A DNA stretch of 64,000 bases from a virus (IMGVR_UViG_3300037067_015039:1-64000), one strand, 5' to 3'; counted from the first letter of the stretch, positions 30,991 to 40,037 are shown. Made by a program: numbers and translations. The notes: a model not told the origin generated them from the sequence alone.

Positions 30991-32907
30991 CTAGAGCATA
31001 AAAAAATCCGGATTCCCGGAGTCTGTGTTCTGACTATCTTTGTCGTACATCAATGAATAATCGGTATTTTGAAAATCGACATCCTTGGATGGTTTCTTTT
31101 CTTCCAGACTGCTATCCATGCGAGGGCGCAATTGAGTGGCACAGTAATAGCAGATCATGAGCGCCATTGTGGCGTCATCATGAGTTCCATTCTTGGCGGC
31201 GAATGTTTCGCTCCCCTCTTCCACTTCAACGAAATCGAACATTTCCCCCATATCCTCTTCACACCGGATAATGACGGTCCATTCATTGAGGGCCTGGCGG
31301 AATCTGCTGATGAGTTCGTTTTTGTTTCTGAAGGTGGTAAGCCAGCCGATGAAATTGGAGAATGCGTTTTTGGCTTTATCCTCGCGCATCCATCGATACC
31401 ATTTTGGATAAAGTAAAACCTTAACTAAATCACTGGCAACAGTGGTTATATTGTTGCATTCCGGGGCTATCTCAGCAGTATTATACATATAACCCATAGC
31501 AGCCAGAATCCGGGCAAACTTCCCCGGACCTATATAACCATGCCATCGGGCAACTTGTCTCAGGGGTTGGTTTATGTCTTCCGGGACTGCCATAACTTCA
31601 ATGCAGCCCGGGTCTCCATTCTTGACACCCTTTTGGGACCCTCTTTCAATCCCCATCGAAGGATCAGCGGCGATATAATAAGTCATGCTGGCCTTGGGAA
31701 ATTCCCATACCCTCATTCGCCCATCGGAAACCTTTGCTATCCTAAAAGTCTTGTCGTCTTTATTAAGCTCAATTTCCCCGCGCCAGATCTCCGGCTTGCA
31801 AAAGTGAGTGATCATCTCCTGCATACGCTTTTTAGAGAAGGCTGTGATCCCGGACGCGACAAAGGCTTCAACTGGATTTATGGGATATTCCTGGCGGAAC
31901 TTTTCTGAATCTCCAGTTGTGTATTCATATTCACGCATCTTTTTCCGGCGCCATGACAATTGCCCATCCGTCAAAGTCACCTTGGATTTATGTTGGACTT
32001 TTTTTATAAGCGCATCTTCTTCTGTGGTGTGTTTGAAGTTCTCCGGCACGGCAATTGAGTAACCTGGCTCCCGGAACCACTCAATAAAGAGAAATTCCCA
32101 CGGGAGATCTCCGGTTTCTGAATTCTTGCAGATCCGGTTCCAGAGGTTTCCGCGGCCACGTGCGGTAGATTCCATGATACCGATCGTCCCGGGGAGTTCT
32201 GCCAGTGATCCGTAAATACCTTCTGTAATGGCATCGTCATTGCGGAACCTGGCTACTTCTGCCAGGTGGACGCCGAAGAGGGATTTAGAGTATGCGGCGC
32301 CGGAGGGTTGGTTCGCAGATTCAAAGTAAATCTGGCTTTGCATCCCCTGGCTGCCGGCTCTATCGTCTGCCCGGGCGCGGTCAAACCCCAGACGTTTCCC
32401 GAAAGCGTCATATCTCTTTTCAGGACGCATCCACCAGGGGAGATACTCATGGGCGGTTCGGGCCATGACAAAATTGACGTTTGTACGCTCTTCTTCATCG
32501 GCCATTGTCAGGACATGTGCCATTGGGAAGAAAAATACCAGCCAGGCCATTAAAGCAACGCTGAGGGTGGTTAGCCCAAGCTGCCGGGCTTTCAATACAA
32601 CAATGCGGATCGTACCGGATAATCTGTGCTGCCGTTCAAAGATCTCGAGAAACTTCTCCTGAGAATCCCAAAACGGCCAGACTGGTTTAAGTTCGAGTTT
32701 TTTTGTTTTTATGAAGTAATAGTTTTCGAGGAAATAGCGAGGGCTGGCAAGACACTTCTCAACTTCACCGGAGATAAACTCCAGTTCCGTCGACGTAAGC
32801 ATTTCAAAAGCTTTACTTAGATCCCCTTTGGCGTCTTCGACTAATCGAAAATCAAGGGCGTCTATCGCATCGCCAAGGTCAGGATTCTTTCTGAGAGGAC
32901 CTGCCAA
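30991..32907 (-). CDS. terL: Terminase large subunit
   Basis: VLKARQLGLTT (Walker A), HLAEVA (Walker B), MESTARG, IAADPSMG and HDDATMA nuclease motifs. Confidence 0.95.
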   Translation of the reverse strand: MAGPLRKNPDLGDAIDALDFRLVEDAKGDLSKAFEMLTSTELEFISGEVEKCLASPRYFLENYYFIKTKKLELKPVWPFWDSQEKFLEIFERQHRLSGTIRIVVLKARQLGLTTLSVALMAWLVFFFPMAHVLTMADEEERTNVNFVMARTAHEYLPWWMRPEKRYDAFGKRLGFDRARADDRAGSQGMQSQIYFESANQPSGAAYSKSLFGVHLAEVARFRNDDAITEGIYGSLAELPGTIGIMESTARGRGNLWNRICKNSETGDLPWEFLFIEWFREPGYSIAVPENFKHTTEEDALIKKVQHKSKVTLTDGQLSWRRKKMREYEYTTGDSEKFRQEYPINPVEAFVASGITAFSKKRMQEMITHFCKPEIWRGEIELNKDDKTFRIAKVSDGRMRVWEFPKASMTYYIAADPSMGIERGSQKGVKNGDPGCIEVMAVPEDINQPLRQVARWHGYIGPGKFARILAAMGYMYNTAEIAPECNNITTVASDLVKVLLYPKWYRWMREDKAKNAFSNFIGWLTTFRNKNELISRFRQALNEWTVIIRCEEDMGEMFDFVEVEEGSETFAAKNGTHDDATMALMICYYCATQLRPRMDSSLEEKKPSKDVDFQNTDYSLMYDKDSQNTDSGNPDFFML

Positions 32908-32924
32908 TGTAGGTTCGCATTCTT

Positions 32925-33281
32925 CTACCCTTTATAGGTTACTCCGCCTTGGCGGATCTGCGCGGCAAGTTCTTTTTCGTCTTCTGCTGACATTTGTCCC
33001 ATTGCAGCTTTCGCCTTTCGAATCTCTTCGTCGACGGCAAGTTCTTCATCGGTATTAAACACAAAATCTCCATCCGTTGAAGGCTGACGACTTGCCAAAA
33101 CCTCACGCATCAATCCTGGATTGCCTGATTTAAGGTTTGGACGAAGAATGCATTCACGAATGACATTCAAATCAATGTGAATGGCCAATAGAAATTTATA
33201 ACCAACAAATATCAGAAGTGACAAAGCTCCAATAAATAGAGCACAGGCAAATACGAGCAAAGCGATATACAAATAAATCAT
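32925..33281 (-). CDS. Membrane-anchored hypothetical protein
   Basis: Long N-terminal hydrophobic helix. Confidence 0.6.
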   Translation of the reverse strand: MIYLYIALLVFACALFIGALSLLIFVGYKFLLAIHIDLNVIRECILRPNLKSGNPGLMREVLASRQPSTDGDFVFNTDEELAVDEEIRKAKAAMGQMSAEDEKELAAQIRQGGVTYKG

Positions 33282-33339
33282 CGCCGACTCTTTCTTCTAC
33301 CCGTTTCGTTGACGGCAGTTGACGGCTACCCGGGAGGAA

Positions 33340-33624
33340 TTATAGAACCGAATTATCGGAGTTTACAACTGGAATTTCATATTCACTATCATCCCGCCCC
33401 AATTCCGGGACAATTCTAAACCCTAAAATCTGAGAAGCTTGCATATTCATGTAAGATTGGATGATACATTGCGGACCTAAATATCCATTCTTGTTATCTT
33501 GGGATCCAACACGACAATTAAAGGGGATTCTTGGATCAAGATCAATTATGATCTCGCCGGCCGATTCGATTACCGTATCTACGATTTTACCATCAGGCGC
33601 AAACGACTTAATGAAAATTTTCAT
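33340..33624 (-). CDS. Hypothetical protein
   Basis: ATGA-coupled to the upstream gene. Confidence 0.55.
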   Translation of the reverse strand: MKIFIKSFAPDGKIVDTVIESAGEIIIDLDPRIPFNCRVGSQDNKNGYLGPQCIIQSYMNMQASQILGFRIVPELGRDDSEYEIPVVNSDNSVL

Positions 33625-34433
33625 ATCACTTCCTCATTTTCCTTTGGATGCCTCAATTCGATATGTTCCTGAAGTCCTTTATCAGTATGGAACTTTTTAG
33701 AACAAACCGAGCATTTATGTTTTCCTCTGAAACTGGGAGCTGGTTCACCTGCGACTGGATGTAATAAAGCATTATGTGAATCAAGCGCAAGATAGGTTTT
33801 AAAGGTACAATGGCAGATTTCGCAAACATAATTTCTCTGGGAATATTTTTCAATTACATTCGGGGAAACTGGGCAAACCGGATCATCTGGTACGGGATTA
33901 GGGAATACGATCTTAACCTTATTGGGTGGATCTACGATGGGCGAAGGGGTATGGGATTGGGCAAATTTCTCGTTCAGTGAACCAGAATGCGCCTCTTTTG
34001 CTTTCTGTTTTCGCTTAATATCCTCTTCCCGTTTGCATACTTTACAGGTATTGGCGCGACCGCCGATGCACTGGGTGTGAAGTGGGAATTGATCAATCGG
34101 CCTTAAAGTCTTGCATCTATTGCAATATTTGACATCTGGCGATGGGTTGGCCGCGACATTCGGTATCGGTGCGGGACTCATTTCATTGTTCAATCTCTGA
34201 AGCACTGGGATGGCATCTTCAATATCTTTGAGTTTCTGCTTGATCAACTCTCGTCTCGTCATGAGTTCATCGATCGCCGGCTGCAAATTCATCATAGTTT
34301 TACCTGATATTTCCTCTTCCGTTGCTTGCCGGCGAATTCTACGTCCAGCTTCGTAATAAGTCACCCACCAAGTTCCAGTCTTGCGAATTTCTCCTGTGCC
34401 ACGATGCTTATATCTTGGGTGGTAGAGTCTCAA
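33621..34433 (-). CDS. Multi-zinc-finger protein (C4 plus two C2H2)
   Basis: CNRC...CKVC; CEICHCTFKTYLALDSHNALLH; CSVCSKKFHTDKGLQEHIELRH. Confidence 0.7.
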   Translation of the reverse strand: MRLYHPRYKHRGTGEIRKTGTWWVTYYEAGRRIRRQATEEEISGKTMMNLQPAIDELMTRRELIKQKLKDIEDAIPVLQRLNNEMSPAPIPNVAANPSPDVKYCNRCKTLRPIDQFPLHTQCIGGRANTCKVCKREEDIKRKQKAKEAHSGSLNEKFAQSHTPSPIVDPPNKVKIVFPNPVPDDPVCPVSPNVIEKYSQRNYVCEICHCTFKTYLALDSHNALLHPVAGEPAPSFRGKHKCSVCSKKFHTDKGLQEHIELRHPKENEEVI

Positions 34434-34843
34434 TGATTAAACTTTTCAAATTGGATAAGATTGTCTAATTTTTCCATCACCATTTGGTGGCTCGCTTGGA
34501 TCAATGTCATTGGATTGAACTTTCTAAAGATAGCGATACGCTCATCTTCGTCCGTCATTTCACCTGACAGAAATGCCTTTGCGGCTTTCATGCGATCGCC
34601 ATATTTATCTGCTATTTGTTGGGCTGTGTAATTAATTACTTTATCCCATGGGAATACGGCGTCAAACCAATTTTTGACCTGCTCTCCTTCAAAAATATTC
34701 GTCTCGCAACATCTGAGATCCCCTTCACAGATGAAGCGCGCTTCCGCCATGTCTTTGGCCAGAACGAAATGAGTTGGCTGATGCACTAATTCCATAACGC
34801 TCACTTTATCTGGATTATTTTTGTATGCGATTAAAACCGACAT
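34430..34843 (-). CDS. Hypothetical protein
   Basis: AAGGAG RBS. Confidence 0.6.
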   Translation of the reverse strand: MSVLIAYKNNPDKVSVMELVHQPTHFVLAKDMAEARFICEGDLRCCETNIFEGEQVKNWFDAVFPWDKVINYTAQQIADKYGDRMKAAKAFLSGEMTDEDERIAIFRKFNPMTLIQASHQMVMEKLDNLIQFEKFNH

Positions 34844-34862
34844 TCTAAGTACTCCTTTGACT

Positions 34863-34938
34863 TGGTAGACCCAGGCAGATTCGAACTGCCGTCCGCGGAG
34901 CGAAAGTCCGCTATCCTAGACCGCTAGACGATGGGTCC
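34863..34938 (-). tRNA. tRNA-Glu (UUC)
   Basis: Full cloverleaf; GCGGA-CTTTCGC-TCCGC anticodon arm; GTTCGAAT T-loop; encoded CCA. Confidence 0.95.
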
Positions 34939-35031
34939 CCGCCGGCAAATCCCACTAACAGGCGCGTACCAGATTCGCAATGTTCCGGTTTGCCACGCCT
35001 GCCGGAGGATCCGCCGGCCCATAAAACATTT

Positions 35032-35469
35032 TTAATAAACAGGCATTATTGGGACATTCAATCCTCCAGCCTGACATATCTGAACAAATTCATTCCACTT
35101 CTGTTTTACTTCCTCTGGATGAGCTATCATCCAGGCGATAAGAACTAAGCTAGATAATCCCAAGCTTCCTTTAATGAAATTCTTAAAACTAGATAATAGA
35201 CCTTCACCTCCTCCTGGAAGTTCGCTGCCGGCAGGCCATGTGAACGGAGCCATAATGCCTGGGATTATAGGATCAAATGCTCCGGCTAGATAAGCGGCAT
35301 GAGGTTCCTGTTGTTCAGGAATTTCGCAAGTACCATCATGGAGGCATTGGCCTACTGTGAATGGTATCTCTCCAGCCGAATACATATCGTCAATCCAATC
35401 GGCTTTCGCTGTCGTGGGAACAATAACCAACAAAATGATGCTCACAATCAGACACAAAAGATTTTTCAT
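35032..35469 (-). CDS. Secreted/membrane hypothetical protein
   Basis: Signal peptide ending AKA; second hydrophobic segment. Confidence 0.6.
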   Translation of the reverse strand: MKNLLCLIVSIILLVIVPTTAKADWIDDMYSAGEIPFTVGQCLHDGTCEIPEQQEPHAAYLAGAFDPIIPGIMAPFTWPAGSELPGGGEGLLSSFKNFIKGSLGLSSLVLIAWMIAHPEEVKQKWNEFVQICQAGGLNVPIMPVY

Positions 35470-35512
35470 AAAAACTCTCCAGGAAAATTGTTTACTTCTA
35501 CGGACCCACTCT

Positions 35513-35600
35513 TGGCGGAGGGTGAGAGACTCGAACTCCCATGCCGTTTACGGCGTCGGGTTTCAGGCCCGAGGCGATACCAGTTCCGCTACAACCCTCC
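35513..35600 (-). tRNA. tRNA-Ser (UGA), atypical
   Basis: GGAGGGT/ACCCTCC-G-CCA acceptor; TCGGG-CCTGAAA-CCCGA; long variable arm GCCGTAAACGGC; C33 instead of U33. Confidence 0.85.
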
Positions 35601-35601
35601 G

Positions 35602-35802
35602 TTATTTTTCACTATCAATATCAGTCTTTTTGACAACTTCAGTTAAGCATACAATTGGGAATTCGTCATTCTGAGGCAGCATTCCCGAATTACACCAGAC
35701 GCATTTGGCGCGATCACCATTAACGATCCCTTCTATGGTCATAACGGGGCCGCCGCTGTTAAGTTGAACTGTTTTACCTACTTGTGCCACATTAGCTTCC
35801 AT
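35602..35802 (-). CDS. YodC/DUF2158 family protein
   Basis: VG.TVQLNSGGPVMTI...KCVW...F...L. Confidence 0.85.
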   Translation of the reverse strand: MEANVAQVGKTVQLNSGGPVMTIEGIVNGDRAKCVWCNSGMLPQNDEFPIVCLTEVVKKTDIDSEK

Positions 35803-35814
35803 TTAATTCCTCCT

Positions 35815-36210
35815 TTAAAGACCTTTTGTTAACCCGGGCTGCTTCATTTGGTCGGGATGTTCTTCGGTGAATTTATTAAATCGTTGGATAGCTTCGTCCA
35901 CCATCCTCATTTGATGATCGTTGCATCCATCTGCGATACAGATATCACGATAGGCTTGGATCCCTTTCACTGCATTCCAGTCTCGACCCCGGTAAATAAA
36001 AATAGGTTCTTCATCGAGAATAGGGATTCTGGTTGGAATTTTCACAATAGCAATACGAGTATTGATCGGAAGAGGTATTTCCGCTCCAGTGATTGTATCG
36101 ATTAATGCGACTTCATATTTCCCATCATTCATAATTATTCCCTTCGTTGAACTACAGCCGTCTTCCTGGCCAGCGAAAATTTTATTCAATAACCAATTCC
36201 CTGAAATCAT
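35815..36210 (-). CDS. Hypothetical protein
   Basis: DEEPIFIYRGRD..A motif; start possibly MNDGKY. Confidence 0.6.
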   Translation of the reverse strand: MISGNWLLNKIFAGQEDGCSSTKGIIMNDGKYEVALIDTITGAEIPLPINTRIAIVKIPTRIPILDEEPIFIYRGRDWNAVKGIQAYRDICIADGCNDHQMRMVDEAIQRFNKFTEEHPDQMKQPGLTKGL

Positions 36211-36676
36211 GCAGGGAAGATTGGTCTACAAACCAACATGGCGGCCGTCCATTCGGAGCCTCGTTTGATCCAGACTTCTTGCCTTCTTTCCCTAATATCC
36301 ATCCGATTATTTCGTAATTTCCGCATGATCCGATTACCAGAACGTACTTGTAGTCATCCCTGTCATTGGATCTTATAATAAGCCTCTTCCTCTTATTTCC
36401 CTTGTCGCTTACCCATCGGACCTCAATATCAGGGGGAACGTCAGCGCCACCCTTAAATTTGTCTACGCTAAAATCCCAATATCGATGAGATACCTTCGCT
36501 ACGGCTAGTTCGCAAATGGCACCCTCGATGTCAGTTGCCCATGTATCCATATCAACATCGTAGCCTCCAAACGGAGATACTCCCCTGGCAATTTGGTTTA
36601 ATTTTCTTCTGATGCCAATAATAGCCGCAGGCATCATCTCTCCGGGAGGTATTTTAATAGGAATTGATTTTGACAT
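36182..36676 (-). CDS. Restriction-endonuclease-fold-like phage protein
   Basis: GAICELAVAK...DV...IEVR...YVLV...IIGWI pattern. Confidence 0.55.
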   Translation of the reverse strand: MSKSIPIKIPPGEMMPAAIIGIRRKLNQIARGVSPFGGYDVDMDTWATDIEGAICELAVAKVSHRYWDFSVDKFKGGADVPPDIEVRWVSDKGNKRKRLIIRSNDRDDYKYVLVIGSCGNYEIIGWILGKEGKKSGSNEAPNGRPPCWFVDQSSLHDFRELVIE

Positions 36677-36687
36677 TTTCCCTCATC

Positions 36688-36761
36688 TGGTTAGGGCGGC
36701 TGGATTCGAACCAGCGTACCCGGATCCAAAGTCCGGTGCCAGGCCGCTTGGCTACGCCCCA
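36688..36761 (-). tRNA. tRNA-Gln (UUG)
   Basis: CCGGA-CTTTGGA-TCCGG; GGTTCGAATCC; CCA. Confidence 0.95.
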
Positions 36762-36764
36762 ATA

Positions 36765-36983
36765 TTATTCATCTTCCCCTGAAGAAGCGACGTAAAAATT
36801 AGCTTCTCCTTTGGGACAGTTTTCTCTCATAAGAACGAGACAGCGCCTAACACTAGCTCCAGAGGTCCCAAAACTTTCCGTCTCATTCCCGCACCTAGAA
36901 CATGTAGCCGTGATACCATCAACTTCTATCCCCTCTTCATTTTCTAGGGTTGTCTCCTGGATGTCACATTCTACTTGAGCCAT
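36765..36983 (-). CDS. Small acidic Zn-binding protein
   Basis: MAQVECD...CSRC...C......CP; GAGG RBS. Confidence 0.65.
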   Translation of the reverse strand: MAQVECDIQETTLENEEGIEVDGITATCSRCGNETESFGTSGASVRRCLVLMRENCPKGEANFYVASSGEDE

Positions 36984-37000
36984 AATTATCCTCGTCAATT

Positions 37001-37077
37001 TGGTAGGGGAGGCGAGATTTGAACTCGCGCATTTCATGATCCCAAATCATGAGCCTTCCCAACTTGGCCACTCCCCT
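37001..37077 (-). tRNA. tRNA-Pro (UGG)
   Basis: AGGGGAG/CTCCCCT-A-CCA; CATGA-TTTGGGA-TCATG. Confidence 0.95.
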
Positions 37078-37435
37078 ATGTTTCAATTTTTATTCTTCCT
37101 GAATGTATTTTCCTGTGACAATTTGAGCAAACAGGTATGCATTTATCTATTTCAGCTAAGATTCTCTCGATTCCCCACCCTTTAATAAAAACAATAGTTG
37201 ATATTTCCGCATCTTTTTTTGTTGGATCTTTGTGGTGAAATTCTATGCATTCAGGAGCAGACTCAGGACACAACTTGCAAATAAGACCGGATTTGTAATT
37301 CTTTATCCATTCCTTAAGTGCCCTTTTTCTTTTCATAGACTTAGCTATAGATACCTTTTGATTCCGATGATACCAATCCCTTCTATGCTTTCTAACTTTT
37401 TCCTGATTATTTTTTCTCCATAATTCAGTAGGCAT
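37076..37435 (-). CDS. HNH endonuclease
   Basis: CKLC...IEFHHKDP...KCIPVCSNCHRKIH. Confidence 0.9.
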   Translation of the reverse strand: MPTELWRKNNQEKVRKHRRDWYHRNQKVSIAKSMKRKRALKEWIKNYKSGLICKLCPESAPECIEFHHKDPTKKDAEISTIVFIKGWGIERILAEIDKCIPVCSNCHRKIHSGRIKIET

Positions 37436-37441
37436 ATTTTA

Positions 37442-37474
37442 TCACCGGCGTTCTTCCAATTAAGCTACCTCCAC
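37442..37474 (-). pseudogene. tRNA 5' half remnant
   Basis: GTGGAGG-TA-GCTTAATTGGAAGAAC-G-CCGGT resembles acceptor strand, D arm and anticodon 5' strand; cut off by the HNH gene. Confidence 0.55.
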
Positions 37475-37478
37475 AGCA

Positions 37479-37712
37479 CTAATCCTTTGGCGCGGCTGGC
37501 AGAATATAGAAATTGCGCCATTCCCCGCAATTTACACCAAACAAAATATCTTGGTTTTTCCAGACTTCCAGCCGGCCATTAATTTCACTAACTGTAATCT
37601 GGTTTGCATGCGCAATTTCCTGCGAACTACCGTCTCGGAAAAAAATCCGAACTGCCTTATTCCCTTTAATCTGATATTCCCTTAAAAGCTTCGATTCTGA
37701 GATTTCGCTCAT
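37479..37712 (-). CDS. Hypothetical protein
   Basis: MSEISES start; overlaps the end of the upstream gene. Confidence 0.5.
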   Translation of the reverse strand: MSEISESKLLREYQIKGNKAVRIFFRDGSSQEIAHANQITVSEINGRLEVWKNQDILFGVNCGEWRNFYILPAAPKD

Positions 37713-38004
37713 CCATTGCCGCCTCCACGGCTTTCTCGACGTCCGCAAGTTGTCCAAGACGACGAGACACTTCCACCTTATGCCAATGTTTAAAAGTAAC
37801 AGAATTGACCATACGTTCTAATGCTGCTTTTTTGTTTTGAGCTTGAGATCTGAATTCGCGTCCTTCGCCAAAAGCGCCAGACGCTATATGCGTGATGCGG
37901 ACTCCGTTTTGATTGGAGTTTTGATGCTGGCCGCCAGGGCCACCTGTGCAGAAGGTGGCAATTTTGAAATCCTTTTTTGTCAGACTAAATAAAAGTTTTC
38001 TCAT
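37666..38004 (-). CDS. Stand-alone GGQ peptidyl-tRNA hydrolase domain (RF-1 family, PrfH/ArfB-like)
   Basis: TFCTGGPGGQHQN...GVRITHIASG......RSQAQNKKAAL. Confidence 0.92.
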   Translation of the reverse strand: MRKLLFSLTKKDFKIATFCTGGPGGQHQNSNQNGVRITHIASGAFGEGREFRSQAQNKKAALERMVNSVTFKHWHKVEVSRRLGQLADVEKAVEAAMDERNLRIEAFKGISD

Positions 38005-38069
38005 AGGAGTAAACCCGGTTTACTATAGGCGGAGCCAACTGCAATTCATTGGCTCCGCCGCGGTGAGGG

Positions 38070-38423
38070 TTACTGACCCTTGAGTTGCTCTTCAAGACGA
38101 GCGATTTCGTCCTTGAGAGCTTGACGCTTCTCTTCGGCAGGCAGAAGAGCTTCCAACCGGGATTTCTTTTCACGAAGCATCTTTTGCAACCGATCAGCCT
38201 GGCTCAGGGAGATTTCCTTACGGATATCACGCATCTTAGCATCGAGCCATTCAGGCTGCTCGACATTGAGGGTTTTGAACTCTTCCTGAATCATACGTCC
38301 GACTGCGGACAGAGTTACAAGATCCTCCAGGGCAAGACCCTCGGTTTCGAACTTCCGAATCTCGTCTATCAAATACATCGACATAATCTGACCTCCTTTC
38401 TTAGTCTTCTTGATTGCCATCAC
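38070..38423 (-). CDS. Coiled-coil protein directly downstream of Ro60
   Basis: Likely start MSMYL after AAAGGAGG; all-helical. Confidence 0.7.
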   Translation of the reverse strand: MMAIKKTKKGGQIMSMYLIDEIRKFETEGLALEDLVTLSAVGRMIQEEFKTLNVEQPEWLDAKMRDIRKEISLSQADRLQKMLREKKSRLEALLPAEEKRQALKDEIARLEEQLKGQ

Positions 38424-39927
38424 TGAACGCCTCCGACAATTTCAAAAGTGGAGTTGCCATAATCTCATCCACCAAAGAGTAGGGATTGGTCCGCATGCTT
38501 TGGACCAGGTTTGGTATACTGTAATAATCGATATCAATACCGAGTTCAAAAACTTGCAAATCAAACCCGTTCTTCTTCATGCTCTCGGCAAATTCCTGAT
38601 CTCCCCATCCCCTGTTTTCAGCCCCACAACGATAGAAATAAACGGGGATATCCTTATCTGCAACCTGCAAAAGGCGCCGGTATTCATCGGAAAAAAATGG
38701 AGGAGAATTCTCCAGACCATCTGAGACGATCGCAATTCCGTCAATCTCAATATGACTCAACATAGCCGATCTCAATCCGCAACCAATGGAAGTCCCTCCA
38801 TTAGCATTGACATTCCGGGTCTTCTTCAAAATTTCTTCATAGCCAAACCCGGTGACATCAATCATTAACGGAGTCTGATCGAAGAAAGTAAGGGTAACGC
38901 TTCCCTTAACCATCTTCGCCAAAGTTCCCGCCACATGTCTGGAAGCCTCGATGCATTGAGACATTGATCCCGACTTATCACCGAGAATCAGCCAATTGCC
39001 CTCAATGCTCATATTCTGAATCTGCTTCTCCTGGACTGCATGGAGCTTGGCTTTCAGTTTTTCATCCCCAATCGCTTCCGCGGCGCGGGTAGTCTTCAAG
39101 ACGTTTTTCTTAGAAACAGCCGCCCGTTTAAGAGCATCCTCAAAAGCAGCACGAAGCGCCGGAACTTCTTTGACGCCCAATTTCTCCAGCATTTTAGTGC
39201 TGGTGACGACTTCTGTCGGGCTCATACGCTCAATAAGCGCAAGAACTAAATCAGGATCCTTTATTTTATTTCCGAGCGCCCCATGTGCTATCAAGAACGG
39301 GATCTTCCGTTCAAGAATGGTTCCCGCGGCTTCTTTTGAACTCATATTCCGCAGGTTTGCGACTGCCTCAAAAATGCTTCCTTTAGGAAGAGGAGATCTG
39401 ACCGGCTGCCGGCCTTCCGCTTTTGCTTTCAATCTTTCTTCCAGGGTGTGTCCAAAGAGAACGATATTCACCCGATCAGAGCCAGGTTTGACATCAGCTA
39501 GGGAATAGAGTTCCTTGAGAACCGCACGGTGCTGGATCGCGGTGAAATCCCATTTCTTACCTTCCTTCATGTGGAGGTAATCCGCAATCACCCTTTTGAG
39601 TTGGCGAATATGGCCAAGCGGCCGGACATCCAGAGCGAATCGATACGCCTTCAACAACTCCCGTGGATTCAGGAAAGTCAAATGAGCAAGACTGTTCTCG
39701 ACAAGTTCTTGCGGAAATCCAGGAACCGTTAAACTGACGATAGGCAATGCCGCCTTCGCATCCCTAATCTGGCCATGGGTACGATCCCAAGCAATAAGAT
39801 GAGCCAGAAAATCAGGTTCATTCTGAGCCGCAAGCTGTCCTATTGCGAGGTATTCACGGAGTTTCCCATGAGGAGATTTCGTGAGTTCTGAGATAATTTG
39901 GTTCTTGGTTACTTTGACCTTTTCCAT
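38401..39927 (-). CDS. Ro60/Rsr-like TROVE + vWA RNA-binding protein
   Basis: 508 aa; helical N-terminus (EPDFLAHL..W....GQIRD); C-terminal vWA with MIDAS DKSGS, GGTS and IVSDG.EN; adjacent to the Y-RNA-like array. Confidence 0.85.
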   Translation of the reverse strand: MEKVKVTKNQIISELTKSPHGKLREYLAIGQLAAQNEPDFLAHLIAWDRTHGQIRDAKAALPIVSLTVPGFPQELVENSLAHLTFLNPRELLKAYRFALDVRPLGHIRQLKRVIADYLHMKEGKKWDFTAIQHRAVLKELYSLADVKPGSDRVNIVLFGHTLEERLKAKAEGRQPVRSPLPKGSIFEAVANLRNMSSKEAAGTILERKIPFLIAHGALGNKIKDPDLVLALIERMSPTEVVTSTKMLEKLGVKEVPALRAAFEDALKRAAVSKKNVLKTTRAAEAIGDEKLKAKLHAVQEKQIQNMSIEGNWLILGDKSGSMSQCIEASRHVAGTLAKMVKGSVTLTFFDQTPLMIDVTGFGYEEILKKTRNVNANGGTSIGCGLRSAMLSHIEIDGIAIVSDGLENSPPFFSDEYRRLLQVADKDIPVYFYRCGAENRGWGDQEFAESMKKNGFDLQVFELGIDIDYYSIPNLVQSMRTNPYSLVDEIMATPLLKLSEAFSDGNQED

Positions 39928-39950
39928 GACGGTTCTCCCTTTTAGTTAAA

Positions 39951-40030
39951 TCACTGGAAGTCGATTGGCTTGTTATGCCGAAAAGCAGGCATCATGTGTT
40001 CAAGACATGTAAGCTAATCAGTACCAGTGA
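39951..40030 (-). ncRNA. Y-RNA-like unit Y1 (minimal, two hairpins)
   Basis: UCACUGG/CCAGUGA stem; UACUG..UACAUG..UCGACUU scaffold. Confidence 0.75.
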
Positions 40031-40037
40031 AACTTTA

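Noticed and set aside
38028-38059. Hairpin GGCGGAGCCAA/TTGGCTCCGCC as an intrinsic terminator
   Set aside because: The 11-bp stem is real but has no U-tract on either strand; function left unassigned.
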